Shown here piece by piece: positions 49,749 through 58,658 of a stretch of 64,000 bases of DNA. The translations under genes were made by a program, and so were the position numbers. The notes beneath the pieces are model-generated. The model worked only from the letters and a program-made list of their open reading frames with translations, made no database searches and was not told the origin of the DNA. How positions within the stretch are numbered: the stretch's first letter is position 1; every line of letters begins with the position of its first letter. Location of the stretch: contig CAYZNV010000003.1 in assembly GCA_964480125.1 (NCBI GenBank), forward strand, positions 3,201-67,200, written 5' to 3'. The stretch is from an uncultured archaeon. Its GTDB lineage: Archaea > Iainarchaeota > Iainarchaeia > Iainarchaeales > VGJJ01.

Positions 49749-50564
49749 GTGCCCACTCCATCAAGAAGACGTGCAGAAAGTGAACGGCTACGTCGTGTGA
49801 AATGGAATATGAAAATCAGCCCTGGAGTGGTCAATCCGAATGATCTGCACGGAAGTAGTGCGACCCACCATGGACACCATCACTCGGCATCATACAAAGC
49901 CTATCATTTCATGCCGTTTTTGGTTGGATTAGATATGTATCGAAAACTGGGAAGGGTAATACTGGATGTAGGTAGCGGCAGCATGCGCATCACCGATTCC
50001 CATGGGCACAATCGCTTGCGTGCATACTATCCAACCGAAGGGAAAAAAATCATTCGCGTCGACTTGGCATTCAAAAAACGCAGCCAAATCGATGCGGGAA
50101 TGCTGGAAGTCCGAGCCGACATCGAAAATACGGCATTGAACACGCCCGAACAAAAAAAGCGATTTCTGGCCATCGCCAAGTTCCTCGAAATTGATCCACG
50201 CGAGAAAAAACCACATGTCGATACGTTGCTGTTATCAGATGTGTTGAATTATGTCAATTATCGCAGAGCCATCCTCGGATTGCTTCGATTCGTGAAACCG
50301 GGTGGAAGAATTATCATCTATAATCGCCCCGAGCACGGATTTTCAACTTTGTATTCAGAAAAACGACCAAGAGATAATGCGACCCTCATCCGTTCCCTCA
50401 AGCGCATGGGGCTCGAACTGGATTATGTCCACTATGAAACCCCTGAAGAAGCCGAGGAAATAATCGGGATTCGAGCCCGTCGAGGCATTCAAGGCAGGGG
50501 ATATGTCCCAGATGACAAAGAAAAACGCACCATTATCATCGTCGCACGCAAGAAAGCGCAGTGA
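49749..50564 (+). CDS. Putative class I SAM methyltransferase with His-rich N-terminus
   Basis: ILDVGSGS motif I and VKPGGRIIIY. Confidence 0.4.
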   Translation: MPTPSRRRAESERLRRVKWNMKISPGVVNPNDLHGSSATHHGHHHSASYKAYHFMPFLVGLDMYRKLGRVILDVGSGSMRITDSHGHNRLRAYYPTEGKKIIRVDLAFKKRSQIDAGMLEVRADIENTALNTPEQKKRFLAIAKFLEIDPREKKPHVDTLLLSDVLNYVNYRRAILGLLRFVKPGGRIIIYNRPEHGFSTLYSEKRPRDNATLIRSLKRMGLELDYVHYETPEEAEEIIGIRARRGIQGRGYVPDDKEKRTIIIVARKKAQ

Positions 50565-50618
50565 GTGTCTTGCGGGGGACAATTCCAAATATAAGTCTGC
50601 GCGCACCCATCATACCAC

Positions 50619-51401
50619 ATGGAACTCGAACAAGCCAAGGAAGCGCTCGATCGCGCGCTGGCGAGGAAGGACTTGATCATGTTGATTGGGGATTGCCGCG
50701 TGCAATACCATGGACGCGCCGCGAGCAATCTCCCCACAGGATCGCGCTTGCTCCTGATTAAGGGGGATGGAAGTTTTGCCATCCACCAAAACAAGCTACT
50801 ACGACCTACTAATTATTTGATGGCCAATTCATGGTCTACGAAAATGGATGAAGGAAAACTCGTGATTGCGGCGACGAAGCGCGCTCCGAAAGAATCGCTT
50901 ACGGTGACGCTGGAAAAAGTAGAGATGCTCAATTTGCACACCATGGAAGACAAAAAAAGCGATTTCAAATTAGTGGGAAGCGAACGCGAACTCAGCAATC
51001 AATTGATGGATGATTTAGAGGTATTGGAGAAAGGACTAAAACCCCTCAAGCAGGAATCCCACCTGCGCAAGGGAATGATTGATATTTTGGCGGAGGATAA
51101 GGATGGGAATCTTGTCGTGATTGAACTCAAACGAAGGCAAGCCGATTATGATTCCGTCATGCAACTGCATCGCTACGTGCCCGAAGTCAAGAAGACAAAA
51201 GGAAGAACCATTTTAGTCGCACCCGAAATACGCAAGACCGCAATGGAGTTGCTCAAGAACAATGGATTGGAATACCGCTCATACCAATTTGATGTCACAC
51301 AACCCAAAGCAACGATTGCAGGAATTGAAAAGAAACAGAAAACCATTTTCGAAGCGTTTGATGAAAATACGGTTGTAAAAAAGAAAGAAATAAAAAAATA
51401 A
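50619..51401 (+). CDS. nucS: Endonuclease NucS (EndoMS), RecB-like nuclease
   Basis: N-terminal dimerisation/DNA-binding half plus C-terminal IDILAEDKDGNLVVIELKRRQA RecB-nuclease motif. Confidence 0.8.
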   Translation: MELEQAKEALDRALARKDLIMLIGDCRVQYHGRAASNLPTGSRLLLIKGDGSFAIHQNKLLRPTNYLMANSWSTKMDEGKLVIAATKRAPKESLTVTLEKVEMLNLHTMEDKKSDFKLVGSERELSNQLMDDLEVLEKGLKPLKQESHLRKGMIDILAEDKDGNLVVIELKRRQADYDSVMQLHRYVPEVKKTKGRTILVAPEIRKTAMELLKNNGLEYRSYQFDVTQPKATIAGIEKKQKTIFEAFDENTVVKKKEIKK

Positions 51402-51410
51402 AAGAAAAAT

Positions 51411-51476
51411 CAGGTATCGCAACGCGATACCTGTTCTCGCTGCAGCCAGCCGAAACTGGCTCGGCCGAAACAGGCC
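51411..51476 (-). repeat. Hairpin-pair intergenic element, copy E (reverse orientation, three hairpins)
   Basis: Reverse complement reads GGCCTGTTTCGGCC + AGCCAGTTTCGGCTGGCT, GCAGCGAGAA, CAGGTATCGC-GTT-GCGATACCTG; A/T tracts on both sides. Confidence 0.75.
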
Positions 51477-51961
51477 TACTTCGTTCTCCATCCATCGTAC
51501 AACAATGGGACGCCGCTCACAATCGCGAGAACCGCGGACCCATACGTGCCGATGAGGCTGGGCATGAATGCGATCGCCAAAAATACAATGGCATTCAGCA
51601 CGCCGACTCCATAATAGAATTTCTCACGGGCTTTCCAGGTGTACCCGGTCGCAAGGAATCCGATTGCCATCAATAATGCCCAGAATCCCCATGCGGTGAA
51701 AAACAATGGAACGATTTTCATGACAGCGAGCCAGTGATAGATCATCCCCAGGACGGCGACGATAATCCATACCTTCACCACGTCCAACTTCATGGCATTG
51801 GGCATCCACTTAAGCATCGCAACCACTCCAATGATCGTCAAGACCGTCCATAAGATCATGGGCTGTGGGAAGTTAGGGTCCATGAGCAGGAACTGATAGA
51901 CACCATACCCAATAAAACAAATCAAACCCCATAAGAAAATACTCTTACCAATGTGATTCAT
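51476..51961 (-). CDS. Polytopic membrane protein
   Basis: 5 TM helices; 161 aa. Confidence 0.4.
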   Translation of the reverse strand: MNHIGKSIFLWGLICFIGYGVYQFLLMDPNFPQPMILWTVLTIIGVVAMLKWMPNAMKLDVVKVWIIVAVLGMIYHWLAVMKIVPLFFTAWGFWALLMAIGFLATGYTWKAREKFYYGVGVLNAIVFLAIAFMPSLIGTYGSAVLAIVSGVPLLYDGWRTK

Positions 51962-52087
51962 GACATCCCTCCAATAGGATGATAGTAAGACGGCGAATTA
52001 CTCTTTATAGATGCATGCCATCCCGCGTGGCACGGCAGCATGCGAACCGGAATATACAATTAAAAGCACCCCCTCCATCCATTTGAG

Positions 52088-54616
52088 ATGCAATCCAAAA
52101 TCCATGCTACTCTTTTTTCCTTCATCCTCGTACTAGCAATGATTGGGACAATACCGAGTGCATGGGGTCTAGCCGAAGAGCCCCCAGCTGAACTCGATGA
52201 CACACTCGCGGATATAATCGAGGACGGGATTGCGGTCTCTTATACCACGCAAGCATGGTCTTCCCAGTACAATTTCCCCCAATCCTATTTCTCAGTGGAC
52301 GCGCTGGATTTCTATGATAATGCTATTGATTTTGGAGGAGTAGGATATTTCGCAATCGGCCTTTCTTATTTGCAGAACCCCCAGCTCGCAGACCTGGATA
52401 TCAATCAAAACACTCAGACTGAAATCCGAGCGCTTGCCGATCGCATGCTGCCATTCGTGTGGACTCCCGATGGAACGACGTGGGGAACGCACCACAAAGG
52501 AGTATTACCCAATGGAGTGACAACGAATGTGGTCACGGAATTGAAAGGAATCAATGGCACCAGCAACGCATGTAATGAATTGAGTATCAAATACAACGCA
52601 TGGGCCGTCCCTGAGAGCACGACGAATGCGCTTACCACATCCAACCTCGAATCCATCAGCGGAATCGGCACCCTATTCTTGTTGGCATCCACCACGAACA
52701 CGCCAAATACCACTGCATATCTCACTACGGCCAAAAACATGGGAGAACTTTTACTTTCGGCAATCATCACACCCGAAAGCGAATCATTCGGTATTCATCC
52801 CTCACAGCTCATCGACGATTACAATAATTCCATCCCCATTGGAATGATGCCGCGCGAATTCATCATCAAGACGGATAGCCCTGACACCCCATTGTGCAGC
52901 GATGGGGGCACCATCAAAATCCAGGAGAATGAAAAAACCCAATTAGCATTCACCGCACTTTTCTTCGACCGCTTGTTTCAGGCAACCGATGATGCACGAT
53001 TTGAGCGAGCAAAAGACTATCTCATCGACGGAATCCTTTCCCTGCAGGAATGCGATGGAAGTTTTCGCAATTACTCACGCTGGGAAGGACCGGGAAAGCG
53101 CGTCGTGACATGCACGCCGTCCGACGGGAGTGCGGAATACGAGCCCTATCCCTCTAATGCCACGCTCGCAGACACGCGCGGTCTTTTCTTGGACAATGCT
53201 ACTATCCTCTATTTGTTGCTCCAAGCCCAACCCACGATTTACTCTGATGATGCACGCTTCCGCAAGGCCGTACAATTCCTATTGGAACTCGAAGAAAAGG
53301 ATGGTGGAAATGGATACCGCACGAATGGGAGCCCATTGCGATATGCATCCTACTCCCTTCCTGAAAAGAGCGAGCCCCTGGCGCGATTGCTGATATCTAA
53401 TGTTTTCCTACGCTCTTCCTGCGAAGAAAGCGATTCATCCATCGAAGAAAGATTGCAATCAAAGGCATATTATCTGATGAACGCCAGCCAAGCCTATATC
53501 CAAACCGATATCGATTCCAAAATCAACAACGCAGTCGGACCCACTGTGGGCCCCCACTTCACTGCAATCGCTGCGACCGCGAATAGCTGGAAAATCATCA
53601 CCAAAGGATGCGCAGACTGCGTCGATGTGGATGGAGACGGGCACATTGATGGGGCGTGCGCTGGAGACACTGAGAAATACGATTGCAATGAAAATGACGC
53701 GAGTATTTTTCCCGGGGCCACAGAAGTATGCGATGAAGTCGACAATGATTGTGATGGAAAAGTGGATGATGGATTCGATGCCGATGATGATGGCGTAAGC
53801 ATTTGCGCCAACGACTGCAACGATAATGATGATAAAGTCTATCCAGGAGCACGCGAGCTATTGGATGAAAAGGATAATGACTGCAACGAAAAAACCGACG
53901 ACACTGGAATTTTGGTGCGTGTCATGGATGATTTGAATAATGGAATTCCAAATATCCAAGTCCATTTCACTGCACATGGGAATGCGTGCGTGAATTCATT
54001 CGCACTGCGCGTGGAAAACATTCCCTCGATTGTGCAGCAATGCAAAATAGAAGCCGAATGCACGACTGACCTGAATGGCTCCTGTCTCGGATTCTTCGAA
54101 AAAAATGGAGAATACGACGCCATCGCGGCAGTGGGAAATGAAGCCCTCTTTTCGGATGCCACTACATTCATCGTCGGAAACCGCATCAACCTCGATTTGC
54201 AGACCACTACTGGAATCAACGCAGCCACCCTTAACGGAAGCACCACTACTAGTGGAAGCCCAAAAAACTCCACAACACCCGATGAGGGAAGCTACCTCTT
54301 CATGGGGCTGCTAGTGATACTCCTCGTGGTCGGGGGAATCGGCGTCGCATTATTCTATCGCATGGGAAAAATACCCAAAATCACGCTCAACCTCGGAGGA
54401 AAAAATACTCCAACAAAAGCACCCACCAAGGGAAGCACTTCCCCTAGCAAAGCTGCACCCATTACAACTCCCACCCCAACAAAGAAAACAGATATGATTG
54501 TGGGGTTGAAGAAAGAAATGCCCATTGCCAGCACAACCAATTCCCCCACCCCACGCGAGCCCAACAAGCCCAAGTGGAAAGGCAATGATAGAACGATGCC
54601 GAAGGAATCGCAATAG
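52088..54616 (+). CDS. Large cell-surface protein with MopE-like Cys/Asp-rich repeats and C-terminal TM anchor
   Basis: Signal peptide; three C-x-D-x-D...PGA-E-CD-DNDC repeats (e.g. CNENDASIFPGATEVCDEVDNDCDGKVDDG); C-terminal TM LLVILLVVGGIGVALFY followed by a Thr/Pro/Lys-rich tail; 842 aa. Confidence 0.55.
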   Translation: MQSKIHATLFSFILVLAMIGTIPSAWGLAEEPPAELDDTLADIIEDGIAVSYTTQAWSSQYNFPQSYFSVDALDFYDNAIDFGGVGYFAIGLSYLQNPQLADLDINQNTQTEIRALADRMLPFVWTPDGTTWGTHHKGVLPNGVTTNVVTELKGINGTSNACNELSIKYNAWAVPESTTNALTTSNLESISGIGTLFLLASTTNTPNTTAYLTTAKNMGELLLSAIITPESESFGIHPSQLIDDYNNSIPIGMMPREFIIKTDSPDTPLCSDGGTIKIQENEKTQLAFTALFFDRLFQATDDARFERAKDYLIDGILSLQECDGSFRNYSRWEGPGKRVVTCTPSDGSAEYEPYPSNATLADTRGLFLDNATILYLLLQAQPTIYSDDARFRKAVQFLLELEEKDGGNGYRTNGSPLRYASYSLPEKSEPLARLLISNVFLRSSCEESDSSIEERLQSKAYYLMNASQAYIQTDIDSKINNAVGPTVGPHFTAIAATANSWKIITKGCADCVDVDGDGHIDGACAGDTEKYDCNENDASIFPGATEVCDEVDNDCDGKVDDGFDADDDGVSICANDCNDNDDKVYPGARELLDEKDNDCNEKTDDTGILVRVMDDLNNGIPNIQVHFTAHGNACVNSFALRVENIPSIVQQCKIEAECTTDLNGSCLGFFEKNGEYDAIAAVGNEALFSDATTFIVGNRINLDLQTTTGINAATLNGSTTTSGSPKNSTTPDEGSYLFMGLLVILLVVGGIGVALFYRMGKIPKITLNLGGKNTPTKAPTKGSTSPSKAAPITTPTPTKKTDMIVGLKKEMPIASTTNSPTPREPNKPKWKGNDRTMPKESQ

Positions 54617-54618
54617 CT

Positions 54619-54669
54619 GGCCAGTTTCGGCTGGCCGCAGCGAGAATGGGTGCTTTTTCAAAGCACCCA
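54619..54669 (+). repeat. Hairpin-pair intergenic element, copy F
   Basis: Begins 3 nt after the stop: GGCCAGTTTCGGCTGGCC, GCAGCGAGAA, TGGGTGC-TTTTTCAAA-GCACCCA (second stem completely different but still paired). Confidence 0.75.
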
Positions 54670-54680
54670 CTATTAAAAAA

Positions 54681-55952
54681 TTACTTTCCAAAGATTGCTT
54701 TCTTTCCAAGTGTTTCTTCGATGCGCAGCAATTGGTTGTACTTGTTCACGCGTTCGCTTCGCGAGAGAGCGCCAAACTTCACATAATTAGAATGCAATCC
54801 AACTGCAAAGTCCGCAAGGAACGAATCCTCACTTTCTCCGGCGCGCGCCGACACCAGCGTGGTCCATTTGGCTTCTTTGGCCATCGCATACGCTTGCATC
54901 GCCTCGGAAATCGTTCCAATTTGGTTGATCTTCAAATCCAATCCATTACAGGCCTTCAAATCCATCACGCGCTTCATGCGCATGGGATTGGAAACGAGCA
55001 AATCATCTCCCACAATGGGGTGAGTGGAGCCGATGCGCTGCATGGCACCCTGGAATCCCTGAATGTCGTCTTCGGAGAAGGGATCAATCAACACCGAAAT
55101 AGGGTATTGTGCCACCAAATTAGCATAATAGTTGATCAATTGTCGGTGCGTCAGCGCTTTATCCCCTAAATGATACGCGCCCTTCTTTGAAATGTGAGAT
55201 GCGGCCACGTTCAAGCCCATCTTGATCTGCTTTTCATAGCCCAATTGTTTTGCTGCTTCCATGACATGGTCCAGGGCAGTGTTCAGGTCGTTGACTGGAA
55301 CAGCAAACCCGCCTAATTCTCCCACGTTCACGGAAGTAGGCCCATACTTTTGGGCAAGGATTTGTTTGAGCGAATGATAAATTTCTTGCGTAATCTGCAA
55401 CGCATGCTCGACGGATTTTGCTTTGGTGGGTTCAACTAAAATTTCTTCCACCGGCAACTGATTCCCCGCGTGCTTGCCACCGTTGATGACATTCACAAGC
55501 GGCATGGGCAACTTGTAGAGTTTTTCCTTGCTCTGAGAGAGTTGAGAAACGTGCTCGTACACGGTTTGGTCTTGCAGCTGCGCGCCTAATTTGCAAATGG
55601 CCATTGAAACCGCGACCATGGCATTAGCGCCTAATTTATTTTTTTGCGGAGTGCCATCCAAATCAATCAGTGCTTTGTCGATTTCCTGTTGGGCGCAGGC
55701 ATTCATCCCCTGCAGTTCGCGGGCAATAGGACCATTGACATTCTTGACGGCCTTTGAAACCCCTAAACCCAAATAGGCCTTTTCTTCATCGCGCAAATCG
55801 TGGGCTTCATGTCTTCCTTTGCTGGTTCCAGCAGGGGCGATGGCGCGCGCCATCATTTGCCCTGAAATGGCCTCGACCTCAACGGTGGGCACGCCACGCG
55901 AATCAAATACCTGTCTGGCACGGATTTTTTCGACAGCAAACGGACTTTTCAT
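54681..55952 (-). CDS. eno: Enolase
   Basis: 423 aa with SRGVPTVEVE N-terminus, GANAMVAVSMA, and catalytic residues in conserved context. Confidence 0.9.
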   Translation of the reverse strand: MKSPFAVEKIRARQVFDSRGVPTVEVEAISGQMMARAIAPAGTSKGRHEAHDLRDEEKAYLGLGVSKAVKNVNGPIARELQGMNACAQQEIDKALIDLDGTPQKNKLGANAMVAVSMAICKLGAQLQDQTVYEHVSQLSQSKEKLYKLPMPLVNVINGGKHAGNQLPVEEILVEPTKAKSVEHALQITQEIYHSLKQILAQKYGPTSVNVGELGGFAVPVNDLNTALDHVMEAAKQLGYEKQIKMGLNVAASHISKKGAYHLGDKALTHRQLINYYANLVAQYPISVLIDPFSEDDIQGFQGAMQRIGSTHPIVGDDLLVSNPMRMKRVMDLKACNGLDLKINQIGTISEAMQAYAMAKEAKWTTLVSARAGESEDSFLADFAVGLHSNYVKFGALSRSERVNKYNQLLRIEETLGKKAIFGK

Positions 55953-56028
55953 GGTTTTTTACCCCTATCCCGGATAATGCTGGATACTATGCGCGGGAAA
56001 GATTAAAACCAGATGTATCGGCGCGGTA

Positions 56029-56481
56029 TTACTCTAATAACCTCGGCCCACGCTTTGGAGTCCGAAAGTTCAATATTGTCCTACGAGGACTTCCGCCATG
56101 CCTTAAACGGCTTTTTATCCGCTGCAGCCGGGCATATCTCATTTTGAGACGAACTGCATATTCTCTGATAAATCGCGCAACCGCTTCCAATGACGCCGTT
56201 GGTCGCCCGTGATTACGCGAACGAGCGGCCAGCCAGTTATCCATTTTATTTTTGAAAAAAAGATTCTCTCGTGCCTTCCTAAGTCCTTCTACTCCTTTTT
56301 GCTTGACTATTTCAGCTAATTGAAGTGAAAAATTATAATCCGCCTTCACGCGAAATTCCTTCATGCCTTTCGCATGCGCTGATTTTACAGCCCGATCCCG
56401 GCGGCTACGAATACGAGTCAAGCGCGAGCGACGAGATTGAACTATTTTCTTTCTGGATCGAAGTAATCGACGCTGGTTCAT
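56029..56481 (-). CDS. Hypothetical highly basic protein
   Basis: R/K-rich 150-aa ORF. Confidence 0.3.
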   Translation of the reverse strand: MNQRRLLRSRKKIVQSRRSRLTRIRSRRDRAVKSAHAKGMKEFRVKADYNFSLQLAEIVKQKGVEGLRKARENLFFKNKMDNWLAARSRNHGRPTASLEAVARFIREYAVRLKMRYARLQRIKSRLRHGGSPRRTILNFRTPKRGPRLLE

Positions 56482-56509
56482 TGAAAATCAATTCAAGAAA
56501 ATAGTCTGA

Positions 56510-57307
56510 CTATTTATGCTTGCTTTCTTCTGATGGTGAAGCGGATTCCGAAACGCCCTCAGCAGCATTCTTTTCCTTTATTTTCCGCAAATCAATGACT
56601 TTTTTCTGCAATGAAAATCCTTGGCCGCCAAAGAGCTCTTTGCTGATGGTGGTGACAACAAACTCATCCAGGCGCTTGTAATCAATCACGGGCGCGTTGC
56701 CTTCCAACAAAGGAAGCAACTCCTCCCAATTCAACCCAATGTGCCACAACCCTTCAATCCGTTCCGTGGCCAAGTGACCCTTACTGGTCAACGCGGACTC
56801 GATGAATGCCACATCGACTTTAGAAAAGCGGCGCGTATAGAAACCATCAAACCAATAATCATGACCCACAAACAAAACATTTTCCGGAGACACGTGGAGC
56901 TTTTCCATGAGCTGCAGTAATTGCACTTGGCGCGCGTATTCATCTTTGCATTCGGCATCGGAAACGCACTTGTGCTCATAAATGGTGCGATCCTCCGGCG
57001 TCATCTGTCGGATAAAAGCCTCATTGACCGCGAGCACATTTTTTCCTGGAGCAAAAGAAGGATCCGCGTCCTCGGAAAAAAAATCATCCAATCCAAACTC
57101 CTTGAGCTTTTTTTCTACTACCCCCAGCTTGAGCGCAGAAACACCAAAATAACGGAAACCTGAGTGGGATTTGGCATATTTTTGGAGGGATTTCAAAAAT
57201 TGCTGCACGCGCACCGCATCCACTGCGGAATTCACGGTTCCGGGAAAGAGAATGTCCTCGAGCAATAGCACTAAGACGGTTTTTTTGAGCGAAGAAGCCG
57301 CAGACAT
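56510..57307 (-). CDS. Hypothetical protein
   Basis: 265-aa ORF; no motif recognised. Confidence 0.3.
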   Translation of the reverse strand: MSAASSLKKTVLVLLLEDILFPGTVNSAVDAVRVQQFLKSLQKYAKSHSGFRYFGVSALKLGVVEKKLKEFGLDDFFSEDADPSFAPGKNVLAVNEAFIRQMTPEDRTIYEHKCVSDAECKDEYARQVQLLQLMEKLHVSPENVLFVGHDYWFDGFYTRRFSKVDVAFIESALTSKGHLATERIEGLWHIGLNWEELLPLLEGNAPVIDYKRLDEFVVTTISKELFGGQGFSLQKKVIDLRKIKEKNAAEGVSESASPSEESKHK

Positions 57308-57419
57308 ACATGAAACGTGGAAATGAACGCTTAAAAACGCCTTGCGCGACGCACGGAATTGACTGTTTTGCGAAGTAAAAACACCTGTTTAAAACACTTT
57401 TTCATTATAATGAGTTAAT

Positions 57420-57650
57420 ATGAAGTGTGTGGTTTGCTCAAAAAAATCAACCGCCAACAACACCTTTGGCCTGCCCTCGTGCAAGGACCATTTGAATTTA
57501 CCCCTCGACCCACCCAAGTGCCCCGAGTGCGAAACCCCCATGGAATTACGCCATCGCAAGAACGGCGCATTCTGGGGATGCCCATCCTTCCCTAATTGTT
57601 TTGGCTCACGCAACCTCATCAAGCCCATGGAAGAAATGGATATTTTGTAA
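57420..57650 (+). CDS. Topoisomerase-type C4 zinc-finger small protein
   Basis: CPECETPMELRHRKNGAFWGCPSFPNC matches the zf-C4_Topoisom pattern; 76 aa. Confidence 0.5.
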   Translation: MKCVVCSKKSTANNTFGLPSCKDHLNLPLDPPKCPECETPMELRHRKNGAFWGCPSFPNCFGSRNLIKPMEEMDIL

Positions 57651-57701
57651 CGCCCATTTCGTAGGGCGAATCCGAATCCAGGTTCCATTGCGATGAAACC
57701 T
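57650..57701 (+). repeat. Hairpin-pair intergenic element, copy G (most diverged)
   Basis: CGCCCATTTCGTAGGGCG, AATCCGAATC, CAGGTTCC-ATTGCGATGA-AACCTG; lies between convergent genes and is followed by T-tracts. Confidence 0.55.
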
Positions 57702-57736
57702 GTCCACTTTTGACGAACCTTTTTGTAAAAGATATT

Positions 57737-58435
57737 TCATTTATCTTCTTTTTCCTGCGTGGAGAGTTTTCGATCCTCTGCAGACTCATCCGCATCTTCT
57801 TCTTTGGCCTTTCCACTTCCGGGCAAATTCATCTTAGGCATGGAGGGAATGCGCTCTTTCAATTGCGAGAGATTCTGCAACGCCTGACTAATCCTTTCTC
57901 TTCGAGAAAGTTTCTTGGCCTGCGCGTCATGGAATTCTTTTAATTTCTTCAAACGATCCTCAATCACCGAATGCCAGTGATAATATTTGGAGATGGATTT
58001 TGAATCTAAATAAAATGAATCCACATCCATCAATTGCCCTGCAAACTTTTCTTTGAGTTCTTTTGAAAATAATGTATACTCTGAAAAGTCCCCATGCAAG
58101 GAATGCATCATCAACTGCGCCATGCGAATGCCTTCTCCTTCTCCAACAAACACCACAGAGGAATGCTCATGCGCCCACTGTGCGACTTTCTTAATGGTCG
58201 CAGGATTATGGGCTTTGATAAATGTCATGGCTTGAAAGTGCAACCCCAACTTTTGCAAATTAGGCAAGGCCATGAAGCGATCAATAAATTGTTCTTGCAC
58301 CAAACGCGAGCGAATGCGCGTAACCGTGGGCTGGGAAGTCTTGAGGCGCTGCGCCAATTCACGGTCGGAAAGCCGAGCATTCTTTGAAAGTTCCAAAAAG
58401 ACGGCGCGTTCCTTGCTGGAAAGAGAAGAACTCAT
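57737..58435 (-). CDS. Lrp/AsnC-family transcriptional regulator with extended charged C-terminus
   Basis: HTH LSDRELAQRLKTSQPTVTRIRSRLVQEQFI followed by a RAM-like region. Confidence 0.65.
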   Translation of the reverse strand: MSSSLSSKERAVFLELSKNARLSDRELAQRLKTSQPTVTRIRSRLVQEQFIDRFMALPNLQKLGLHFQAMTFIKAHNPATIKKVAQWAHEHSSVVFVGEGEGIRMAQLMMHSLHGDFSEYTLFSKELKEKFAGQLMDVDSFYLDSKSISKYYHWHSVIEDRLKKLKEFHDAQAKKLSRRERISQALQNLSQLKERIPSMPKMNLPGSGKAKEEDADESAEDRKLSTQEKEDK

Positions 58436-58658
58436 ACCCCCAAGAGAGGGATTTGAGCATTTTAACGCTTTTCATCCATTCATCGAATCATCCTATATGC
58501 CCATAAAACGCCATTATGTCGACTCATACATGCATCAAATGAAAATTTTCAAGCAAAACATGCATCATTCATTCAATTTACACCAGAAAGGGTTTTGGCA
58601 GACTTTTATACGTGAAATCACGTAAGAGTGCAGAGGTGGTTGACGAGACGGCGCTTGA

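Noticed and set aside
7758-57701. Possibility that the hairpin elements are CRISPR repeats
   Set aside because: The copies are dispersed, or at most two in tandem, and are not regularly spaced with unique spacers. Sequences vary between copies while the structure is kept. No cas genes are present.
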